DNA from: an uncultured Actinomycetota bacterium
Lineage (GTDB): Bacteria; Actinomycetota; Actinomycetes; CAVWCF01
Reading direction: 5' to 3'
Assembly: GCA_963753435.1 (NCBI GenBank)
Contig: CAVWCF010000001.1
Location: forward strand, 922,711-986,710
Length of the DNA: 64,000 nucleotides
Part shown: one piece after another, positions 20,621-29,553 of the stretch
How the letters are laid out: each line of letters starts with the position of its first letter
Position numbering within the stretch: position 1 is the stretch's first letter
The notes under the pieces: generated by a model
What the model was told of the DNA's origin: nothing
Databases searched by the model: none
The model's input: only the letters and a program-made list of their open reading frames with translations
Translations under genes and position numbers: made by a program

Positions 20621-21558
20621 TGCGTATCACCGTGCTGGCCGGCGGGATCGGCGGAGCCCGCTTTGTCCGCGGTCTGCGGCGGGCCGAACCCGACGCCGAG
20701 ATCACCGTCATCGGCAACACCGGTGACGATCTGTGGTTGCACGGTCTGCGGGTGTGTCCGGACCTCGACACGCTCATGTACACGCTCGGCGGAGGTGTTC
20801 ACAATGAACAGGGCTGGGGCCGTGCCGATGAGACCTTCTCCGTAGCGTCCGAACTTCAGGCCTACGAGGTCGAGGGCACGTGGTTCTCCCTCGGGGATCG
20901 GGACATTGCCACCCACCTGGTCCGCTCCCAGATGTTGCGGGCGGGGTACCCGCTTTCCGACGTGACCGCTGCCCTCTGCCGCCGCTGGCAGCCCGGCGTA
21001 ACGCTGTTGCCCATGTCCGACGACCGGGTGGAGACCCACGTCGTGCTCGACGACGGCGGGGAACGCCGCGCCGTGCACTTTCAGGAGTGGTGGGTGCGCC
21101 TCCGCGCCGAGGTACCGGCGGCCGAATTCGCTTTCGTCGGCATTGAGGATGCCGCGCCGGCGCCCGGCGTCCTTGGCGCGTTGGCGCAAGCGGACGCGAT
21201 CCTGCTGGCCCCCAGCAACCCGGTCGTCAGCCTGGGGCCGATCCTGGCCGTGCCCGGGCTGCGCGCCGCTCTCACCGACGCACCAGCCGCAGTCGTCGGG
21301 GTGTCCCCGATCATCGAGGGTCGCGCAGTGCGCGGCATGGCCGAGGCCTGCTTGACGGCGACCGGCGTCGAGGTGTCCGCAGCCGGCGTCGGTTCCCTGT
21401 GGGCGGACCTGCTGTCCGGCTGGTTGGTGGCCCCGCAGGACGCCGGAACCCAGGTTGAGTCAGTAACGGTCCGCGAAGTGCCGCTACTCATGAGCGACGA
21501 GACCGCCGCGGCGGACCTGGCCGCTGCCGCTGTCGCGCTGTCGCGGGAACTGGCGTGA
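20621..21558 (+). CDS. fbiA: 2-phospho-L-lactate transferase (CofD/FbiA)
   Basis: GTG start giving VRITVLAGGIGGARF, the CofD N-terminal motif. Followed by NTGDD and SNPVVS motifs. The longer upstream ORF extension is not conserved-looking. Confidence 0.85.
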
Positions 21559-22823
21559 GCATCCGCATAGACGCCGTCACCGGCATCGGCGAGATCCGGG
21601 ACGGCGACGACCTGGCTGCCTTGCTGGCCGCGGCAATGCCGGACCTGGCGACGAACGACGTGCTGGTGGTCAGCAGCAAGGCCGTGGCCAAGGCCGAGGG
21701 TCGGGTTGTGCGCATGAACCGGGATCAGGCCGTGGCCGCCGAGACGGTTTCCGTCGTGGCCCGCCGAGCGGGCACGCGAATCGTGCGCACGAGTCACGGG
21801 CTGGTCCTGGCCGCTGCCGGCGTGGATGAGTCGAATACGGCACCGGGCACCGTGGTCCTGCTACCGAAAGACCCCGACGCCAGCGCGATGCGGATCCGCG
21901 CCGGCATCAACGCAGCCCTCGGCGTCGACGTCGCTGTCGTCGTCTCCGATACGGCCGGCCGCCCGTGGCGGCGCGGGCAGACCGACATCGCTATCGGCTG
22001 CGCCGGGCTGGACCCGCTGCTGGATCTACGTGGCCAGACAGATCAGCACGGCCGGGTGCTGACGGTGACGTTGACCGCCGTCGCCGACGAGTTGGCGGCC
22101 GCCGCGGATCTGGCCAAGGGCAAGGCCAGCGGCTGCCCGGCTGCCCGCATCCGCGGCTGGGACGGCGGGGTTCCGGAGAGCGGCACTGCGGCCCGTGAAC
22201 TCATCCGGGGCCGAGACGAAGACCTCTTCGCCTACGGGCCGCACGAGTTACTGCTGGCCCGCCGCACCGTCCGCGAGTTCGACGACCGACCAGTGCCCGC
22301 GGCGGTTCTGGACCGGGCTCTGGCAGCAGCCGGTGTGGCACCGGCCCCGCACCACGCCCGGCCTTGGCGCTTCGTGGTCCTGAGCCGCGAGACCACCACG
22401 CGGCTGCTGGACGAGATGGCCGAGCAGTGGCGTGCGGATCTGCGTGGCGATGGCCTTGACGACGTTGCCGTTGAGCGACGGGTGTCGCGCGGCAACGTCT
22501 TGCGTGACGTCCCTGGCCTGCTCGTTCCCTGCCTGGACACCTCCGCTGCCCACGAGTACCCCGACCCCCGCAGATCGGCGGCTGAGGAACGCATGTTCTG
22601 GCTGGCCGGCGGTGCCGCGATTCAGAACCTGCTGCTGTCACTGACCGCCGATGGCGTGGGCAGCGCCTGGGTGTCGTCGACTTTGTTCGCCCCGGCGGTC
22701 GCGCGCCGGGTGCTGCACCTTGACGGTCACCTTCAGCCAATGGGCGCAGTCGCCTACGGCTACCCGGCGCGAAGCCTCCCCACCCGGGACGACCCCGCCG
22801 CCGATCTGCGCCTGGACCGCTGA
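21555..22823 (+). CDS. fbiB: Coenzyme F420:L-glutamate ligase with C-terminal nitroreductase-like domain (CofE/FbiB)
   Basis: 422 aa. N-terminal CofE fold (VVSSKAVAKAEGR...). C-terminal NADH-oxidase/nitroreductase-like half (RRTVREFDDRPVP...). 4-nt overlap with fbiA. Confidence 0.85.
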   Translation: MSIRIDAVTGIGEIRDGDDLAALLAAAMPDLATNDVLVVSSKAVAKAEGRVVRMNRDQAVAAETVSVVARRAGTRIVRTSHGLVLAAAGVDESNTAPGTVVLLPKDPDASAMRIRAGINAALGVDVAVVVSDTAGRPWRRGQTDIAIGCAGLDPLLDLRGQTDQHGRVLTVTLTAVADELAAAADLAKGKASGCPAARIRGWDGGVPESGTAARELIRGRDEDLFAYGPHELLLARRTVREFDDRPVPAAVLDRALAAAGVAPAPHHARPWRFVVLSRETTTRLLDEMAEQWRADLRGDGLDDVAVERRVSRGNVLRDVPGLLVPCLDTSAAHEYPDPRRSAAEERMFWLAGGAAIQNLLLSLTADGVGSAWVSSTLFAPAVARRVLHLDGHLQPMGAVAYGYPARSLPTRDDPAADLRLDR

Positions 22824-22827
22824 GCGA

Positions 22828-23715
22828 TCACCGATTGCGGTGGTCAAGCGGGGCGTAGCGCGGGCCGCGGCGCGGCGGATGCGGCGCAAACAGCTCCAGC
22901 AATCGCGTCACCCGGTACCGATGTGGGCGAAACTCGGCAAGCAGTTCCAGCATCCGATCGTCATCGGCGGCAGTGTCGGCGGCCAACGCATACGCGACCA
23001 GTTTGGGCAGATGAAAGTCACCGACACTGACTGCATCAGCATCACCACAAGCCCGTTGCCGCACCTCGGCCGAGGTCCAGGCCCCGAGGCCACGGATCGA
23101 GGTCAAGGCGATATCGAGTTGCTTGCTGTCAGTCGCGAAGCGCTGCAGGGAATCGGCCACGGCCGCCGCGCGCCGAAGCGTGTGCATTCGCTCCGGGCCG
23201 ACACCGGCACGGTGGTATTCCCAGTCCGGGATGGCGTGCCACACAGCTGCCGGCGGTGGTGCAGTGAGGCCCTCGGGCGCGGGTCCGGGCGCCTGCTGGC
23301 CATGGCCGACGACGAGCGCCCTCCAACTTCGCCGTGACTCCAGTCCGGTGACCTTCTGCTCCAGGATCGCGGCGGCCAGCGCTTCCCAGACGTGCCCGGT
23401 CGCTCCCACCCGCAGTCCACCGCTGGTTCGCCACGCCTGCGCCACGACGGGATGCTGCGGTTGAAAAGACTCGATCTCGTCGGTTCTGCCCAGGAGCGAA
23501 TCGACCCGGTCGCGAACCCAAGCTGCTCCCGGTCCCCACTCCTTGGAGCTGACCGAGCCATCGGTTTCGGTGAGCAGTTGGGTGGCCGGTCCGGCCGGGG
23601 TCCACGTGGCACGCCAGTAGCCGGCGGCGTCGACCAGGACCGCCGGGTCCCACCGGCCGCGTCGATTGGGCGACAGCACCTGCTGCCAGCGCCCCGGCGC
23701 CTTCGGAGCGGTCAC
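22828..23715 (-). CDS. DNA-3-methyladenine glycosylase II family (AlkA-like, HhH-GPD)
   Basis: HhH-GPD region (ILEQKVTGLESRRSWRALV...; LTSIRGLGAWTSAEV...GD). 295 aa. Confidence 0.7.
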   Translation of the reverse strand: MTAPKAPGRWQQVLSPNRRGRWDPAVLVDAAGYWRATWTPAGPATQLLTETDGSVSSKEWGPGAAWVRDRVDSLLGRTDEIESFQPQHPVVAQAWRTSGGLRVGATGHVWEALAAAILEQKVTGLESRRSWRALVVGHGQQAPGPAPEGLTAPPPAAVWHAIPDWEYHRAGVGPERMHTLRRAAAVADSLQRFATDSKQLDIALTSIRGLGAWTSAEVRQRACGDADAVSVGDFHLPKLVAYALAADTAADDDRMLELLAEFRPHRYRVTRLLELFAPHPPRRGPRYAPLDHRNR

Positions 23716-24647
23716 TGTGCTTGCCGTCGGCGCAACCAGAACAACCCGGCACCGGCGCCGAGCAGATCAGCGCCCGTGTGGACGAGGCGACTGGCCACCA
23801 CAACCAAGGCCACCGCACCTGCTGGCAACAGTGGCGCCAGCAGCGCGGCGAGGACCGCCTCGCGGGCCCCCAGCCCGGCCGGTGCGAAGAAGACGGTGAC
23901 AGCCGCGAATACGAAACCTGCTGTCCAGGCCATGGCGAAGACCCCGGTCATCCGGGCGATCGGGGCGTCCGTAGCGAGCGGATCCACCAGAAACCACAAC
24001 GAGGCGCCGTAGGCCGCCCAGGCGCCGAGCAGCCATGCGACACCACCGAGAAGTCCGGTCCAAGACGGCTGGCTCACCTGATCGGGTCGAAGTCCGCGCC
24101 GCTTCTCCCAAGCGCCAAGCAGGCGGCCAAGCACCCGTGGGTGGAGCAGCACAATCGCCAACGGGACGATCAGCAGGAACCAAGCGAACGAGGCGACCCC
24201 GTCGCCGACGATTGCCAAGAGTCCGACTCCGACGAGCGCACCCGTGCCGGCGTGGACCAGCACAAAGGACCCACTGACCGCGACTGCCTGCGCTGACGGG
24301 ACCCCATACCGAGCTGACAGCGCGACTTGAGCCGCGTACGGCCACACGCTGCCGGGCACGTACTTGCCTGACTGCGCGACGAAGAACACGCTGGCGCTGT
24401 CGCGCCACGACAGCCGGCTGCCCAGGCCAGCAAGCAACTGCCGCCACGAGCCGAGGGTGCACAGCAGCCCCGCGGCCGCGAACACGAACGACGCAACGAA
24501 ACCGCCGACGCCGATTTCGGCTACGGCCTGCCTTGCCGCGTCCTGATCCTGCTGCAGCGCTCGCAGCAGGAACCAGACGACGGCGAGCACATAGGCGACA
24601 CCCGCGATCCGAAGCACCCGCCGCCACACGGGAGCAGCATGTCCCAT
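23712..24647 (-). CDS. Polytopic membrane protein, lysylphosphatidylglycerol-synthase-TM/flippase-like (UPF0104-like)
   Basis: About 8 hydrophobic helices. The conserved SGKYVPGSVWPY-type motif is typical of this family. Start placed at the internal Met after a low-complexity N-terminus. 4-nt overlap with the AlkA-like gene. Confidence 0.55.
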   Translation of the reverse strand: MGHAAPVWRRVLRIAGVAYVLAVVWFLLRALQQDQDAARQAVAEIGVGGFVASFVFAAAGLLCTLGSWRQLLAGLGSRLSWRDSASVFFVAQSGKYVPGSVWPYAAQVALSARYGVPSAQAVAVSGSFVLVHAGTGALVGVGLLAIVGDGVASFAWFLLIVPLAIVLLHPRVLGRLLGAWEKRRGLRPDQVSQPSWTGLLGGVAWLLGAWAAYGASLWFLVDPLATDAPIARMTGVFAMAWTAGFVFAAVTVFFAPAGLGAREAVLAALLAPLLPAGAVALVVVASRLVHTGADLLGAGAGLFWLRRRQAQ

Positions 24648-25445
24648 GGCTACGGCGCTTCGGGCTGGCATGCTGCGGCGATGGCCCAGACCGTCGGCGA
24701 AAACGTTCGGCGCAGGTACGTGACGGCGATGCGGCACTTCCGCGACGCCGCTGAACGGACTGGTGTGCTTGAGCGACTGGACCGCGGCGGGCGCGGGGCA
24801 AAGCACGTTCGCAGCTTGTTCGCCATCCACGACGTGGCAGCAATGGTGGACTTGGACCTGCCCTGGTGGACCTATCGGGCCACCGCATTCGTCGAACGTT
24901 GGCTACAGGGTCGCAACGAGGCTCGGGTCTTCGAGTACGGATCCGGCGCCAGCACCGTCTGGCTGGCGCGACGGGCCCCCACTGTGTACTCGGTCGAGCA
25001 CGATGCCGGGTTCGCGTCCGTGTTGCGGCCACTGCTGCCCGACCCGAGCGTGCTGATCCAGTGCGAGGCGCGCGCCGACCCAACCCCGCAGGTGCCGTCG
25101 CGGAAAGAGCCGAACCGGGAATTCTTCGAGTACGTCCACGCCATCGACGAGGTATCCGGGGACTTCGACTTGGTCGTCGTTGACGGGCGCGCCCGCATCG
25201 CCTGCGTCCAGATGGCGATGGGCCGCCTCAAGCCCGGTGGTCTGATCCTGCTCGACGACTCCTGGCGGCGGGAGTATCGAGAAGGCTTGGCACGACTGCC
25301 GCTGCAGGCACACCACCTGCCGGGCGCGGCACCGTGCCTCCCCTATCCCAGCGTCACGGCACTGCTGACCGCTGACTCAGCGCGGCCGGGAGCGCACGAC
25401 CAGGTCGGCCAGCAGCGCCAAGGACCCGATGATGAGCGCCGATAG
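24639..25445 (+). CDS. Class I SAM-dependent methyltransferase
   Basis: Motif I-like VFEYGSGASTVWLA and post-I acidic residue (VYSVEHD). DLVVVDG ... LKPGGLILLDD. The C-terminal about 20 codons overlap the convergent GT2 gene. Confidence 0.55.
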   Translation: MSHGYGASGWHAAAMAQTVGENVRRRYVTAMRHFRDAAERTGVLERLDRGGRGAKHVRSLFAIHDVAAMVDLDLPWWTYRATAFVERWLQGRNEARVFEYGSGASTVWLARRAPTVYSVEHDAGFASVLRPLLPDPSVLIQCEARADPTPQVPSRKEPNREFFEYVHAIDEVSGDFDLVVVDGRARIACVQMAMGRLKPGGLILLDDSWRREYREGLARLPLQAHHLPGAAPCLPYPSVTALLTADSARPGAHDQVGQQRQGPDDERR

Positions 25446-26270
25446 GAACATCACGACAGTGTTGGCGGGCAGGTAGAACGGCTGATTGAACTGGTCCCAG
25501 ATCCCCTTGAAGGTCGCCACCGCCAGCAGCACCAGCGCGATCGGCATCAGTACCCGTAGCGGGTTGAAGTACATGATCATGCGCAAGACCTGCATGACGT
25601 AGCGATACGCGTCCTGGATCGGATGGAACTTCGAACTCCCACTCCGAGACCCGTAGTCGATCGAGATGTAGTCGATCTGCTGCTGATTTGAGAGGAACGC
25701 CAGGGTCAACGTTGTCACGCACGAGAAACCCGGCGGCAGCAGGTGCAGAAACGGCTCCGCTGTGCGCCGCCGAAAGGCCCGAAGCCCGGAGTTCAAATCG
25801 GGGATGTCCGTGTTGGTCAGGTACTCGGCGAGTCGGCGAACGAACCACTTCGCCGGCACGCGCAGCAGGCGCAACCGCCCTGCCTCCACGTTTCGATGAC
25901 CAACCACCTGAGCCACATCTGGTTCGCCGAGCAGTCGCTCGACGAACTCCGGGATTCGGTCATTCGGATACGTCATGTCGGCGTCAGTCCAGACGACGAT
26001 GTCCGAGCGCGCCTCTTGCGTGCCGATGCGTCGAGCGGTCCCGGAACCGCCATTCCGCGGAAAGGCGATGACTCGCACGGCCGGATGCCGGTCTGCCGCC
26101 TCGCGCAATCGCGCCAAGGTCGAATCGGTGGACTTGTCGTCGATCGCCAGCAACTCATACGAGTACCCACTGGCATCCATCGCCGCACAGATTCGGTCGA
26201 CCTCGGCGACCACGTGGCCTTCTTCGTTGAAGCACGGCAGGACGACTGTCACAAGCGGATCAGTCACGGC
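25377..26270 (-). CDS. GT2 polyprenol-phosphate hexosyltransferase (DPM1/GtrB-like)
   Basis: VTVVLPCFNEE ... LAIDDKSTDST ... DADMTYP (DxD). C-terminal two TM helices (LMPIALVLLAVATF...; VMFLSALIIGSLALLADL). Confidence 0.8.
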   Translation of the reverse strand, partial: AVTDPLVTVVLPCFNEEGHVVAEVDRICAAMDASGYSYELLAIDDKSTDSTLARLREAADRHPAVRVIAFPRNGGSGTARRIGTQEARSDIVVWTDADMTYPNDRIPEFVERLLGEPDVAQVVGHRNVEAGRLRLLRVPAKWFVRRLAEYLTNTDIPDLNSGLRAFRRRTAEPFLHLLPPGFSCVTTLTLAFLSNQQQIDYISIDYGSRSGSSKFHPIQDAYRYVMQVLRMIMYFNPLRVLMPIALVLLAVATFKGIWDQFNQPFYLPANTVVMFLSALIIGSLALLADLVVRSRPR

Positions 26271-26298
26271 TGAATCGGTCCCCTCCAGTTGGCCTACG

Positions 26299-27310
26299 TC
26301 AGATTCGAGACCCAGGTTCGGGCCGCGAATCCGCGGCGACCGTTTCGTCGTCGCCAACAGTGACACGTTCCAGGCTGGCCCCGGCGCCGACGCGCGCGCG
26401 TTGGCCGATCGCACTGTCCAGCACGACAGCTTCGGCGCAGATGTGTGCGCCGTCGCGAAGCACCGAACCGCGGACGACAGCTCCCGATTCCACGACGGCA
26501 TCCGCGCCGATGGTGCTGCCTCCCGTCACCACCGCCCCTGGTTCAACGACTGCGCCGGGTAGCAGGAGCGCGTCCCCCGGCGGCTGGGGCAGCGCGGGCG
26601 TGGGCAGAACTCCGGCTACGACATCCCGACAGCCGCGCACATAGTCCGCTGGGGTGCCCAGATCCAACCAGTCCGCCTCGTCGAGATAGCCCTGCAAGTG
26701 CTGCTCCGCGGCAAGTAAGCCCGGAAACGTCTCGCGCTCCACGGACACCACTCGGCCATGTGGAATCCGGGCGAGGACTGCTGCGGAGAGCACGTAGCAG
26801 CCCGCATTGATCTGGTCAGTAACCGGATCGGGATCCTTCTCGAGGAAGGCCAGCACTCGACCCGCGGCGTCCGTCGGTACGCAGCCGAACGCGCGCGGAT
26901 CCGCGACGCGAACCAGGTGCAGCGTGGCGCTGGCGCCACTGGCACGGTGCACCTCCAACTGCCGAACGAGATCATGACCGGACAGCACATCGCCGTTGAG
27001 CACCACCACGTCATCGGTGCCACTCAGCTCATCTGCAGCATGGCGAATGGCGCCGCCGGTGCCGAGCGGCTCCGACTCGACCGCATAGGACAACTGCAAG
27101 CCGAAAGCGCTGCCATCACCGAGAGTGCGAAAAGTCTCGGCCCGGTAGGAGGTGGCGAGCACGATCCGCCGTACACCGGCGGCGGCCAGCTTGCGAATCT
27201 GGTGTTCGACCAGAGGCACGCCGGCTACCGGGAGCATCGGCTTCGGCGTGTTGTTGGTCAACGGCCGCAGTCTGGTTCCTTGACCGCCAACGAGGATGAT
27301 CGCCTCAGTC
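26299..27310 (-). CDS. manC: Mannose-1-phosphate guanylyltransferase (GDP-mannose pyrophosphorylase)
   Basis: GTG start VTEAIILVGGQGTRLRPLT (G-x-G-T-R nucleotidyltransferase motif). C-terminal left-handed beta-helix hexapeptides. Rv3264c-like position after fbiAB. Confidence 0.85.
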
Positions 27311-27334
27311 ACGCCCGGACCATAGTCTGCGTGG

Positions 27335-28018
27335 ATGCCGACACTGCTGGATGCGCTGGACGATCTCGTCTCGGCCGACGCAGCCAGGCCGCTGTTGACC
27401 TGGTACCGCGACGGGGCCCGGGTGGAACTGTCGGGGGCCACCGTGGCCAACTGGGTCGCCAAGACGGCGGGGCTACTGGAGAACGAGCTACTCATCGGGC
27501 CCGGCTGCACGGTTCGGGTTCTTCCGGGACAGCACTGGCTGTCGCTGGTGGTCCCGCTTGCTGTTTGGCGCGTAGGCGCCGCCCTCGTCGATGCTGGGCC
27601 GGCGGACCTGTTGGTGTCCGAACAAGTGGACGAGGACATCGATGCCGCGGAGTTCCTGATGCTGCCCAGCGACCCGTTCGGTCTGTCCCGCGCCGCGGTA
27701 CCGCCCCCGTGGCAACTCTTCAGCGAGTTGGTTCAGGCCCAACCCGATCGCTACACCGCGCCACTACCCGGCGGTCCGCAGTTGGCGATCGCGTCCGCGC
27801 CCCAGTTGACTCACGAGCAGCTGATCGACCGGGCCCACGCCGACGCGGCGGCCGTTTCGCTGCCGAGCGAAGGCCGGTTGCTGCTGGTCACCACAACCAA
27901 GTCCGCAGACCCCCTGCGGCTCTGGTGCGCAACCATCTCGGTGTCCGGCTCGATGATCCTCGCCGCGGAGTTGACCGAAGGGCTCGCGGCTGAGAAGGCC
28001 GACGTAACGATCAGTTGA
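27335..28018 (+). CDS. Conserved actinobacterial protein (TIGR03089-like)
   Basis: 227 aa, no recognisable catalytic motif. The family assignment is from memory of typical neighbours of this locus. Confidence 0.4.
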   Translation: MPTLLDALDDLVSADAARPLLTWYRDGARVELSGATVANWVAKTAGLLENELLIGPGCTVRVLPGQHWLSLVVPLAVWRVGAALVDAGPADLLVSEQVDEDIDAAEFLMLPSDPFGLSRAAVPPPWQLFSELVQAQPDRYTAPLPGGPQLAIASAPQLTHEQLIDRAHADAAAVSLPSEGRLLLVTTTKSADPLRLWCATISVSGSMILAAELTEGLAAEKADVTIS

Positions 28019-29510
28019 CGTGGGTGGCGGCCTGCCGAGCCACCGCGTCCGGCACGGCAGCGGGACCACCGACGATCGTGATCAGGTCAACGGTCGGAGT
28101 CGCGTCCAACCATGCGCCAACAGCGGCGGAGAGCACGGATGTGCCCGTCAACAGCACCGGCTGACCAAGAGCGCCACCCGGCAGCGCATCCACCACGTTC
28201 GCGGATGCCGCTGAGGCCAGAACCACTTCTTCGGCGTCGTCGCGGAACCGATCCGCCACCGCAACCGACAGGCCCGGCAGGTCTGCGACGTGGATCCGTT
28301 CTCCACCTGGCAGCGACGCGACCACGCCGTCGGTCAGTGGCGAAGCGAAGGAGACCGCAAAAGCCTGCGACACGCCGATCTGGGCCATCGCTTGAGCAGT
28401 GGTGGCCGGGACGTAGTCCGCTCGGGTCAGCAGGATCGGGGCCCTAATTGCCGCTGCCACCCCGCCGACCATCAGCGAAGTCGGGAGTTGGCTGTCCCAG
28501 AAGGGCGTGACGAATGCCTGGGGGGCTCCCCCGTTGATCTGGGCCAGTTCGCGGGCGATCTGCTCGGCGGTGACGAACCGATCCGCGCCGGCCAGTCGGG
28601 TCACGGCGATCCCCTCGCTCACCAGTTGGGCCTCGACGGCGGCGCCAACGGCGGCCGGACCCCCAAGCACGTAGGCCTGGTTGGCGGAGCGCCGTCGTAG
28701 TTCGGTGAGTGTCGCCGCGGGGATGCTGTCACCGCGGACGAGCAGCACGGGTGCGTCCGCCGAGGCCGCCAGCGGCGCTCCTACCAGCCCGTCGACCAAA
28801 TGCCCCTGCTCTCCGGACGCGATGACGACAGTTCGCTGGTTGGGCCTGGTCTCCTTGGCGATCGCAGCCGCAGTCGCGTACCGGTCCGAACCCCAAAGGC
28901 GGCGCACGTTGCAGCCGTCGGCACCGGGCAGGCAGCCACCGCCCGTGAAGAAGCTGGTCTCCCCCCGGGCTCCGGGCCAGGAGAACGAGATGTGGATGTG
29001 ATCGGTGTGTGGGCTCGAACCGGTGTAGGTGCGCCAAGGCTTGGCCGGGTCGGAGTCGTAGGCGCGCCACATGCGACCGTTCCAAATGACATACATGACG
29101 CCCATCCGCCGCGCCATCGCATGTTGGTTTCCGTGTGCGTCTGTGGCCAACAGCCAAGCCAGGAAGTCCTCAGCGACGGCCCGTTGGGCGGAGTTGCCGG
29201 CGTTCAGCATCCAGTCGAGCGCGCGACCCTCTTCATGGCCACTCGTGGTCGCGGAACTGCAGGACCGCAGCGTCCCGTAGCTGGTGTAGGTCGGATACGC
29301 CGTACGCAACAAGCTGATCGTCGCCGTGACGCCAGGCTGCACCGTGCTGGAGCACCCGGTTCCCTCGGTGGAGTCCCAGCCGGAGTACCCCTCAATCCAC
29401 GGACCGAAGTCAGTCGTCACCACCGGTGCTGCCGTAGCCGGCACCGAAGGCAGGAGGAGGCCCGTCGCTGCGAGCGCAACCGCTAGGGCGACGCGGATCA
29501 ACGAGGGCAT
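28011..29510 (-). CDS. Secreted LAS/M15-like zinc peptidase domain fused to three CWB2 cell-wall-binding repeats
   Basis: Signal peptide MPSLIRVALAVALAATGLLLPSVPATAAP. H-x6-D (SGHEEGRALDW) and H-x-H (HTDHIHISF) arrangement as in LAS metallopeptidases. Then three repeats of the CWB2 pattern (GSDRYATAAAIA...VVIASGEQGHLVDGLVGAPLAA...APVLL). Confidence 0.65.
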   Translation of the reverse strand: MPSLIRVALAVALAATGLLLPSVPATAAPVVTTDFGPWIEGYSGWDSTEGTGCSSTVQPGVTATISLLRTAYPTYTSYGTLRSCSSATTSGHEEGRALDWMLNAGNSAQRAVAEDFLAWLLATDAHGNQHAMARRMGVMYVIWNGRMWRAYDSDPAKPWRTYTGSSPHTDHIHISFSWPGARGETSFFTGGGCLPGADGCNVRRLWGSDRYATAAAIAKETRPNQRTVVIASGEQGHLVDGLVGAPLAASADAPVLLVRGDSIPAATLTELRRRSANQAYVLGGPAAVGAAVEAQLVSEGIAVTRLAGADRFVTAEQIARELAQINGGAPQAFVTPFWDSQLPTSLMVGGVAAAIRAPILLTRADYVPATTAQAMAQIGVSQAFAVSFASPLTDGVVASLPGGERIHVADLPGLSVAVADRFRDDAEEVVLASAASANVVDALPGGALGQPVLLTGTSVLSAAVGAWLDATPTVDLITIVGGPAAVPDAVARQAATHVN

Positions 29511-29553
29511 AACGCTGTCAGTCGGCACCGGTCCATGGGCACTTGAGCGCCCA

